This document shows positions 46,286 through 53,925 of a DNA stretch of 64,000 bases, piece by piece. The stretch is from the IMG/VR virus record IMGVR_UViG_3300044449_000227; one strand, written 5' to 3'. The notes beneath the pieces are model-generated. The model worked only from the letters and a program-made list of their open reading frames with translations. It had not been told where the DNA came from and made no database searches. This DNA comes from a virus. Position 1 is the stretch's first letter. Each line of letters begins with the position of its first letter. The position numbers were made by a program, and so were the translations under genes.

Positions 46286-46690
46286 GTGGCGGCGCGGCGC
46301 ACAGCCCCGGCGGTCGACTACCGCGAGATCCTGCCCGAGATCCTGGCGCAGGTGGCGGAGGCGGCCGGCCTGGAGGCGGCGCTGCGTCTGCGGCGCGAGC
46401 TGGGCGGCACCCAGGTGCATGTGGCCCGGACGCCGAAGCCGGACACGCTGCTGGTCCGGAAGGGCGGCCCGGAGGCCGCGCGGGCGCTGGCCGACCTGGT
46501 CGGCGGCGAGACGGTGAAGATCCCGAAGGGCAGGCACACCCAGGCCGCCCTGATCGAGCACCTGCTGTCCACGGGCACCGCCGTGCAGGAGATCGCGCGC
46601 CTGGTCGGCTGTGACGCCGAGACGGTGCGCCGCCGGAAGAACGGCCGCGTCGCGGCGACCGCCCAAGGCGACCTCTTCGCCGCCGACTGA
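46286..46690 (+). CDS. Mor/C-like late transcription activator
   Basis: LPEILAQVAEAAGLEAALRL...GGTQVHV...C-terminal HTH; last early gene. Confidence 0.85.
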   Translation: MAARRTAPAVDYREILPEILAQVAEAAGLEAALRLRRELGGTQVHVARTPKPDTLLVRKGGPEAARALADLVGGETVKIPKGRHTQAALIEHLLSTGTAVQEIARLVGCDAETVRRRKNGRVAATAQGDLFAAD

Positions 46691-46797
46691 GGCGGCTTTC
46701 ATCGAGCTCCCGTCAGCCGGATTGACGCCGCCGAAACGACGCCGTCACACTCCCGTACCATGCCCGATCCGGCGCGGCCGCGCAGGCCGCGCCCTGG

Positions 46798-46821
46798 CCC
46801 TTCCCACTCCAGTGGGAAGGG
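46798..46821. promoter_or_regulatory. Late-promoter palindrome 1
   Basis: CCCTTCCCACT-CC-AGTGGGAAGGG upstream of the lysis operon. Confidence 0.7.
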
Positions 46822-46914
46822 AGGCGCCCACCCACGGGGCCTAGTCTTCCTCCCGATCGCACCGCACCCCGAGGCCGACCGACGGCCAGGGGCACCTCGC
46901 ATCGGGAGCCGGCC

Positions 46915-47538
46915 ATGTCGGGCAGCGACGCCCTCCGCCGCATCGAGATCTTCGACCGCGCCGTCGTGGTGCCGGTGCTGGCGCTGCTGGCGCACACCGT
47001 CCACCCCGCCCTCGACAGTCGCTCGGCCCGCGAGCTGCTGCTCGCCACGGCCGTCGCCGAGTCCGACCTGACCGACGGCGTGCAGCTCGGCGGCGGGCCG
47101 GCGCGCAGCCGCTTCCAGGTCGAGGACCGCACGCTGGCGCTGATCGGCGGCTGGCTGCTCGACCGCGACGACGCCGAGGGCTGGCTCGACGCCATCGAGG
47201 AGGTGCTGCCGGGCTGGATCGCCCCCCTGCCGCGCCCCGGCGAGGCCGACTGGCACACCCTGCCGGGCAGCCTGGCCGGGCTGCACGACCACCTGGCGCA
47301 CAACGACTTCCTCGGCGCCGTCATGGCGCGCGCCCTCTACTGGTCGATCCCGCACCCGCTTCCCGCTTCGGGCAACTGGCTGGGTCACGCGGCCTACTGG
47401 AAGAGCTACTACAACTCGCCGTTCGGCGCCGGCACGCCGGCGAAGTTCCTGGCGCGCACCGCCGAGGTGCGACGCCACTTCGACCCCGCCGAGCCCCCCG
47501 GCGAAACCTCCCCCACCACCGCTTCCGGCGACGACTGA
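46915..47538 (+). CDS. Putative lysozyme-like endolysin
   Basis: ELLLATAVAES...QLGGGPARSRFQVE...YWKSYYNS..GAGT; first late gene. Confidence 0.7.
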   Translation: MSGSDALRRIEIFDRAVVVPVLALLAHTVHPALDSRSARELLLATAVAESDLTDGVQLGGGPARSRFQVEDRTLALIGGWLLDRDDAEGWLDAIEEVLPGWIAPLPRPGEADWHTLPGSLAGLHDHLAHNDFLGAVMARALYWSIPHPLPASGNWLGHAAYWKSYYNSPFGAGTPAKFLARTAEVRRHFDPAEPPGETSPTTASGDD

Positions 47539-47550
47539 AGGAGCGCGGCC

Positions 47551-48099
47551 ATGCGCAAGATCCTCGGGACCCTCATCGGCAAGATCATCGGCGAGATCGC
47601 CAAGCCCTCGCCCGGCGGACCGCAGACCAGCGACAAGTCCTGGGCGGCCGGCATCGGCGTCTTCCTGACCTACCTGGCCGCGGCCCTCGGCTTCGCCGAC
47701 TGGCCGTCGATCGGCGACCTGGACATGGCGATCGGGCTGATCGCCAAGACCGCGGCGGAGGGCGCCGGCCTGGCGGTGACCGCCGGCCTGGGCGCCTGGC
47801 TCAAGCGCAACCGCCCCAAGGCCGGCGACGGCGTCAAGCTGGCCGTGCCCTGGCCGGCGGTCCTGGCCGCCCTCGCCCTGGCCGTCTCGCTGTCCGCCTG
47901 CGCCGCCTCCGGCGCCGTGGGCGACGCGGCGAGCAAGGCGGCCGACCGGGCGCTGACCTTCGTGGCCGAGCGGCTCGACGACGCCTGCGACACGCCCGGC
48001 GCGGATCTTCTGCAGGACGCCCTGGTCGCGTCGCTGAACGAGCGCATGGAGCGCAACGAGGTCACCGGCATCGTCTGCGTCCCCAAGGCCTCGGAGTAG
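47551..48099 (+). CDS. Holin-like membrane protein with internal lipobox
   Basis: Two to three hydrophobic segments, then LALAVSLSAC. Confidence 0.6.
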   Translation: MRKILGTLIGKIIGEIAKPSPGGPQTSDKSWAAGIGVFLTYLAAALGFADWPSIGDLDMAIGLIAKTAAEGAGLAVTAGLGAWLKRNRPKAGDGVKLAVPWPAVLAALALAVSLSACAASGAVGDAASKAADRALTFVAERLDDACDTPGADLLQDALVASLNERMERNEVTGIVCVPKASE

Positions 48100-48108
48100 C
48101 GCGGCGGT

Positions 48109-48456
48109 ATGGTGGAGCTGGGCAGCTTGTCCGGCTGGGCGAGCGTCTTCATCGCGCTCGCCTCGCTGGTCGTCTCGGTCTACGCGCTGTGGTGGGCCAG
48201 CCGGCGCAACGACCAGCAAGAGCTGGGAAAGGTCCGCTCCGACGTCGCTGCGCTGCAGACCCGTGTGGCCGCCTGCGAGATTCAGATGCAGTCGCTTCCG
48301 ACGATGCAGGCGGTTCACGACCTGGCGCTCTCGGTGCGCGACCTGGCCGGCGACGTGCGCTCCCTGACCGCGCGCATGGACGGCCTGGACGACATCGTCA
48401 GCCGGGTCGACGACGTGGTGAAGCGCCAGGAGGACTACCTCCGCAGAGAGAAGTGA
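48109..48456 (+). CDS. DUF2730 family (Mu gp25-like)
   Basis: N-terminal TM, coiled coil, C-terminal QEDYL. Confidence 0.8.
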   Translation: MVELGSLSGWASVFIALASLVVSVYALWWASRRNDQQELGKVRSDVAALQTRVAACEIQMQSLPTMQAVHDLALSVRDLAGDVRSLTARMDGLDDIVSRVDDVVKRQEDYLRREK

Positions 48457-48465
48457 AGTAGGGCC

Positions 48466-48759
48466 ATGAGCTACGAGGAAGACCGCCGCGAGCACGTCCG
48501 CCTTTCGATCCTCCGCACGCTGGAGAACGCGCCCGCCTACCGGGCCAACGACAGCGTGATCCGGGACACGCTCGGCCGCTTCGGCCTGGCCTCTTCTCGC
48601 GACGAGATCCGCACCGCCCTGGCCTGGCTCGCCGAGCAGGGCCTGGTCGAGCTGGAGGAGGTCGGCCCCTACGCCGTCGGAACGCTCACGTCGCGCGGCG
48701 CCGACGTTGCCAGCGGCGCGGCGCGCGTGCCGGGAGTGAAGCGCCCGGCCCCCCGCTGA
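48466..48759 (+). CDS. Mu gp26-like winged-helix protein
   Basis: RLSILRTL...RANDSV...LAWLAEQGLV...RVPGVKRP. Confidence 0.88.
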   Translation: MSYEEDRREHVRLSILRTLENAPAYRANDSVIRDTLGRFGLASSRDEIRTALAWLAEQGLVELEEVGPYAVGTLTSRGADVASGAARVPGVKRPAPR

Positions 48760-48770
48760 GGCGAGCGAGC

Positions 48771-49376
48771 ATGCCCAAGCGCAAGCTGATCGACCGCATG
48801 CCCGAGGAGGCGCGCAACAGGATCATCGCGCGCCTGCGCGACGAGGGCGTGCCCACGGTCGACGAGTTCTACGACTTCCTCGCCGAGGTGCTGGCCGCGC
48901 ACGGCATGGGCACGTCGCGCTCGGCGGCGCACCGGGCGATGGACGACTTCGCGGCCCTCGCCGAGGACCTGCGGCGCGAGCGCCTGGTCGCCGAGTCGAT
49001 CGTCGCCGAGTTCGGCGACGAGCCGGACAGCCGCGTCGCCCGCGCCAACATCGAGATGATGCACGCCATCATCTCCAAGTCGATGCGCAACGCCGAGACC
49101 GGCGGCATGGCCGTCTTCGACCCGGAGGAGACGATGTTCCTCGCCAACGCCATGCAGAAGCTGGCGAGCGCCGAGAAGCTGACCGTCGAGCGCATCCGCC
49201 AGCTCGAACACCGCGCCGCCGAGCGGGCGCGGCGCGCGGCGGCCGAGGCGCTCGACGCCGAGGTGGAGAAGGCGCGGTCCGCCGGCGAGAAGGGCTTCTC
49301 GTTCGACACGGTGCTGGCGATCAAGGAGCGGGTGCTGGGGCCGCAGGCCGTCGCCCGCACCGAGGAGGCCGGCTGA
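48771..49376 (+). CDS. DUF3486 / Mu gp27 terminase small subunit
   Basis: KRKLIDRMP...SRSAAHR; precedes the large terminase. Confidence 0.85.
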   Translation: MPKRKLIDRMPEEARNRIIARLRDEGVPTVDEFYDFLAEVLAAHGMGTSRSAAHRAMDDFAALAEDLRRERLVAESIVAEFGDEPDSRVARANIEMMHAIISKSMRNAETGGMAVFDPEETMFLANAMQKLASAEKLTVERIRQLEHRAAERARRAAAEALDAEVEKARSAGEKGFSFDTVLAIKERVLGPQAVARTEEAG

Positions 49377-51037
49377 TGGCCGCCGGAGCCCCCACGTCCG
49401 CGCAGCGGATCGACCCGGTCGACAGCCGGGCCTGGGCCGAGCTGCGGGCGAAGGCGCGCCAGAGCCTGCCCGAGCGGCTCGCGCGCCAGGTCGCCAACGA
49501 CAACCTGCCGGACCTGCTGCTCGGCTATCAGCAGCGGGCGGTCGCGGCGACCGCGCTTCACCAGCTGGTGGTCATCGAGAAGTCCCGGCGCATCGGGATC
49601 ACCTGGGGCATTGCGGCCGACGCGGTGCTGCACGCCGGCGCCGCCCGTTCGGCCGGCGGCATGGACGTGCTCTACATCGGCTACAACCTGGACATGGCGC
49701 GCGAGTTCGTCGACGTCTGCGCCATGTGGGCGCGCGCCTTCTCGCCGGCCTGCTCCGAGGTGCAGGAGTTCCTGTTCGAGGATCTCGACGAGCACGGCGA
49801 CAGCAAGCAGATCCGCGCCTTCCGCATCGCCTTCGCCAGCGGCTTCGAGATCGTCGCCCTGACGTCCAAGCCGCGCTCGCTGCGCGGGCGCCAAGGCTAC
49901 GTGATCTTCGACGAGGCGGCCTTCCACGACGACCTGGACGGCATGCTCAAGGCGGCGATGGCGCTCTTCGTGTGGGGCGGCAAGCTGGTCGTCGTCTCGA
50001 CCCACGACGGCGAGGACAACCCCTTCAACCGGCTGATCGAGGACATCCGGGCCGGCCGGCGCAAGGGGCACGTCGAGCGCATCACCTTCGAGGACGCGCT
50101 GGCGGACGGCCTCTACGAGCGGATCTGCCTGGTCACCGGCAAGACATGGTCGGCCGAGGCCGAGGCGGCCTGGGCGGCCGACATCTACGCCTTCTACGGC
50201 GACGACGCGCGCGAGGAGCTGGACGCCATCCCCTCGAAGGGCGGCGGCGCCTACATCGCCGCCTCGCTGGTGGCGCTGGTCCAGGACCCGGCCGTGCCGC
50301 TGCTGCGCCTCGGCCGCAAGGACGCCTTCGCCGAGATCCCCGAGCCGGCCCGGCGCGTCGAGATCCAGGTCTGGCTCGAGGAGGAGGTCGCGCCGGTCCT
50401 CGACCGGCTCGATCCGCGCGACCTGCACGCGCTGGGCATGGACTTCGCGCGCTCCGGCCACCTCTCGGTCATCGACCTGATGGCGGAGACGCCGACCCTG
50501 ACCTGGCCGACGCGCCTGCAGCTGGAGATGCGCAACATCCCCTTCGCCCAGCAGCGGCAGGTGCTGTTCTTCGTCGCCGAGCGCACCCGGCGCCTGGTCG
50601 GCATGGCCCTGGACGCCAGCGGCAACGGCGAGCAGCTGGCCGAGGACGCGAAGGACCGCTTCGGCGCGAGCCAGGTCCACCAGGTGAAGCTCTCGACCGA
50701 GTGGTACCGGGAGAACATGCCGCGGCTGAAGGCGGGGTTCGAGGACCGGCGCGTCAGCGTGCCGGCCGACCGCGACACGGCCGACGACTACCGCCTGATC
50801 GTCATGGAGAAGGGCGTCGCCAAGCCGGCCGACAAGGAGACCACCGGCGCGGACGGCGGCAAGCGCCACGCCGACGCCGCGATGGCGAAGGCGCTGGGCC
50901 TCTTCGCGCTGGCGGGCCGCACGGCCGCCTACGGCTACGAGGCGGCGACGCCGGCGCGCGGCAGCCTGCACGAAGCGCCCGCCGGCGAGGCCGACGACAA
51001 CGGCGGCCGCATGCGCTTCGGCCGCGGCGCCTGGTAG
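49376..51037 (+). CDS. terL: Mu gp28-like terminase large subunit
   Basis: EKSRRIGITW, LRGRQG, IFDEAAF, GMDFARSG and HADAA. Confidence 0.93.
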   Translation: MAAGAPTSAQRIDPVDSRAWAELRAKARQSLPERLARQVANDNLPDLLLGYQQRAVAATALHQLVVIEKSRRIGITWGIAADAVLHAGAARSAGGMDVLYIGYNLDMAREFVDVCAMWARAFSPACSEVQEFLFEDLDEHGDSKQIRAFRIAFASGFEIVALTSKPRSLRGRQGYVIFDEAAFHDDLDGMLKAAMALFVWGGKLVVVSTHDGEDNPFNRLIEDIRAGRRKGHVERITFEDALADGLYERICLVTGKTWSAEAEAAWAADIYAFYGDDAREELDAIPSKGGGAYIAASLVALVQDPAVPLLRLGRKDAFAEIPEPARRVEIQVWLEEEVAPVLDRLDPRDLHALGMDFARSGHLSVIDLMAETPTLTWPTRLQLEMRNIPFAQQRQVLFFVAERTRRLVGMALDASGNGEQLAEDAKDRFGASQVHQVKLSTEWYRENMPRLKAGFEDRRVSVPADRDTADDYRLIVMEKGVAKPADKETTGADGGKRHADAAMAKALGLFALAGRTAAYGYEAATPARGSLHEAPAGEADDNGGRMRFGRGAW

Positions 51038-51047
51038 GGAGGCGACG

Positions 51048-52619
51048 ATGGCGCGAGACACCGGGCTGCTCGACCAGTGGGGGCGGCCGATTCAGCGCAG
51101 CGCCCTGCGCGGCGAGGAGGCGGCGCCGAGCGTCACCGGCGTGCGCCAGGTCATCGGCGGGCACCCCGACGTCGGCCTGACGCCGCCGCGCCTGGCGCGC
51201 ATCCTGCGCGAGGCCGAGGAGGGCGACCCGACCCGCTACCTGGAGCTGGCCGAGGCGATGGAGGAGAAGGATCTCCACTACGCCTCGGTGCTCGGCACCC
51301 GCAAGCGCCAGGTGGCGCAGCTGAACGTCACGGTGACCCCGGCCGGCGACTCGCCGGAGGAGATGCGGCAGGCCGAGCTGGTCGAGGGCTGGCTGGAGCG
51401 GGACGAGCTGCAGGAGGAGCTGATCGACGTCCTGGACGCGGTCGGCAAGGGCTACAGCCTGACCGAGATCGTCTGGGACACCAGCGAGGGCCAGTGGCTG
51501 CCCGAGCGGCTGGAGTGGCGCGACCCGCGCTGGTTCGAGTTCGACCGGGAGGACGGGCGCACGCCGCTGCTGCGGGACCTGCAGGGCCCGCGGCCCCTGA
51601 CGCCCTTCAAGTACATCTGGCACTGCTCCAAGGCGAAGTCGGGCCTGCCGGTGCGCGGCGGCCTCGCCCGCCTGGCGGCCTGGATGTACCTCTTCAAGAA
51701 CTACGGCGTGAAGGACTGGGTCTCCTTCATGGAGGTCTACGGAATGCCGCTGCGCGTGGGCAAGTACCACGCCGGCGCGACCAAGGAGGAGAAGGAGACC
51801 CTGCTGCGCGCGGTGCGCAACATCGGCACCGACGTGGGCGCGATCATCCCCGAGGGGATGATGCTGGAGTTCATCGACGCGGTCGGCAAGGGCACCAGCT
51901 CCACCGACCTCTACAAGCTCTTCGGCGAGTGGGCCGACGCGCAGATCTCCAAGGGCGTGCTCGGCCAGAACCTGACCACCGAGGTCAAGGGCGGCTCCTT
52001 CGCCGCGGCGCAGGTCCACAACGACGTGCGCGGCGACATCGAGGCGGCCGACGCCAAGCAGGTCTCCGCCGCGCTCAACCGGGACCTGGTGCGCCCGATC
52101 GTCGACCTGAACTTCGGGCCGCAGAAGGCCTACCCCCACCTCTCGGTCGGCCGCGAGGAGGAGCAGGATCTCCGGATGATGCTCGCCAGCGTGAAGACCC
52201 TGGTGCCGATGGGCGCGCGGATCTCGCGCAAGAAGATGCAGGCGGTCTTCCAGCTCCCGGAGGCGGAGGACGAGGAGGACGTGCTGACCGCCGCGCAGGC
52301 GGCCGCGATCCCGGAGCCCGAAGGGGACGGCACGCCGCCGGCGCAGGCCAGGCGCCGGCGCGCCGAGGCGGAAGCGCGGGCGGCGCGCGAGGAAGAGGTC
52401 GCCACCGACCCGACCGTCGACCCGGCGCTGGACGCGGCGCGGCCGAGCGTCGAGGCCCAGCTGGGCGAGCTGCGCCGGCGCCTGCAGGCCGCCGGCAGCT
52501 ACGAGGAGGCCCAGGCCGTCCTGCTGGAGCTGGCGGGCGAGGATCTCGACCCGCGCCTGCCGGAACTGCTGCGCGAGGTGTTGGTGCTGGCCCAGCTGCA
52601 GGGCATGGACGAAAGCTGA
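51048..52619 (+). CDS. DUF935 portal protein (Mu gp29)
   Basis: MEEKD...RKRQV, YGMPLRVGKY, ISKGVLGQ and AQVHNDVR. Confidence 0.95.
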   Translation: MARDTGLLDQWGRPIQRSALRGEEAAPSVTGVRQVIGGHPDVGLTPPRLARILREAEEGDPTRYLELAEAMEEKDLHYASVLGTRKRQVAQLNVTVTPAGDSPEEMRQAELVEGWLERDELQEELIDVLDAVGKGYSLTEIVWDTSEGQWLPERLEWRDPRWFEFDREDGRTPLLRDLQGPRPLTPFKYIWHCSKAKSGLPVRGGLARLAAWMYLFKNYGVKDWVSFMEVYGMPLRVGKYHAGATKEEKETLLRAVRNIGTDVGAIIPEGMMLEFIDAVGKGTSSTDLYKLFGEWADAQISKGVLGQNLTTEVKGGSFAAAQVHNDVRGDIEAADAKQVSAALNRDLVRPIVDLNFGPQKAYPHLSVGREEEQDLRMMLASVKTLVPMGARISRKKMQAVFQLPEAEDEEDVLTAAQAAAIPEPEGDGTPPAQARRRRAEAEARAAREEEVATDPTVDPALDAARPSVEAQLGELRRRLQAAGSYEEAQAVLLELAGEDLDPRLPELLREVLVLAQLQGMDES

Positions 52620-52622
52620 GCC

Positions 52623-53861
52623 GTGGCGGGCCTCGCCGATACCGCGCCCGTCGCCGAGCCCGTCGTCTTCCGCGAGGCGATCGACTTCCTGCGGAACAAG
52701 CTGCGCCTGCCGACGCGCGCCTGGACGGACCTGTGGGGAGAGCAGCACGCCCGCGCCTTCGTCGTCGCCGGCGCCACGCGCGACGCGCTGCTGGCCGACT
52801 TCCAGGGCGCGCTCCTGAAGTCGATGGAGGAGGGCCGGCCCTTCGCCGACTTCCTGGCCGACTTCGACCGCATCGTCGAGACCCACGGCTGGTCCTACCG
52901 CGGCGGCCGCACCTGGCGGGCGCGGACGATCTTCCAGGCCAACCTGCGCTCGGCCCACATGGCCGGCCGTTGGCGCCAGATCCAGCGCACGGCGGCACGC
53001 CGCCCCTATCTGCGCTACGTCCAGGTGCAGCGGGAGACCAAGCGCGAGGCGCACGCCCCCTGGCACGGGCTGATCCTGCCGATCGAGCACCCCTTCTGGC
53101 GGTCCCACTTCCCGCCCAACGGCTGGTACTGCCTCTGCTCGGTCCAGACGGTCAGCGAGCGGGAGCTGCGCCGGCGGGGCTGGAAGGTCTCGGCCGAGGC
53201 GCCGGCCGTCGCCCTGCGCCAGGTCACGCTCAACACGCCGGACGGCCCGGCGACGGTCCAGGTGCCCGAGGGCATCGATCCCGGCTGGGGCCACAACGCC
53301 GGCCTGGCCGCCTACGGCTACGGCAACCAGCGCCTGGCGCTCGCAGGGCACGAGGGCCGCTGGGAGCCGCTGATCGCGCCCAGCCAGGTGGCGGAGGGAG
53401 GAGCCGGCCCGCTCGAGCCGCAGACGCCGCGCGGCCGGGTCCTGCCGCGCAACGACGGCCGCGGCGCCCGCGAGATCCTGCGGGACGTCCTGGGGGGAGA
53501 CGAGGCGACGTTCGAGGACCCGGCCGGCGGCATCGTCTCGGTCGGGCCAGCGCTGGCCGACCACATCGCCCCGCGACCGGACGGCCGCGAACGGTACCTG
53601 CCGCTGCTGCCTGAACTGATCGAAGACCCGCAGGAGATCTGGGTCGGCTTCGCGGTGAATTCCGGGACCGGCCAAGTTGCGCTGCGCCGACGCTACGTCA
53701 AGCTTCTGCAGCTGCGGCGTGACACGGTGCTCGGCCTGGTGGCCGACGCCGACAACGGCAGCTTCAGTGGCCTGACCTTCTTCCGCGGCCAGGTGAGCGG
53801 GGCGCGGCGCCTTCGGTGGGGGCTGCCTGTCTATCAACTGGGTGACGAGGGCCGATCATAA
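52623..53861 (+). CDS. MuF (gp30) head morphogenesis protein with C-terminal PBECR-like nuclease-fold domain
   Basis: FVVAGA, RTIFQAN, PPNGWYCLC and IDPGW; C-terminal RERYLPLLPELIEDPQEIW...RRRYVK...GLTFF. Confidence 0.88.
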   Translation: MAGLADTAPVAEPVVFREAIDFLRNKLRLPTRAWTDLWGEQHARAFVVAGATRDALLADFQGALLKSMEEGRPFADFLADFDRIVETHGWSYRGGRTWRARTIFQANLRSAHMAGRWRQIQRTAARRPYLRYVQVQRETKREAHAPWHGLILPIEHPFWRSHFPPNGWYCLCSVQTVSERELRRRGWKVSAEAPAVALRQVTLNTPDGPATVQVPEGIDPGWGHNAGLAAYGYGNQRLALAGHEGRWEPLIAPSQVAEGGAGPLEPQTPRGRVLPRNDGRGAREILRDVLGGDEATFEDPAGGIVSVGPALADHIAPRPDGRERYLPLLPELIEDPQEIWVGFAVNSGTGQVALRRRYVKLLQLRRDTVLGLVADADNGSFSGLTFFRGQVSGARRLRWGLPVYQLGDEGRS

Positions 53862-53925
53862 TTCCTGACGGGGGCAGCTCTGTAGGGAACGATAGCAGCT
53901 CATGCTGCCCGCCTTAACAACTCGG

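Noticed and set aside
50802-53837. 1011-aa minus-strand ORF
   Set aside because: Antisense shadow of the portal and MuF genes
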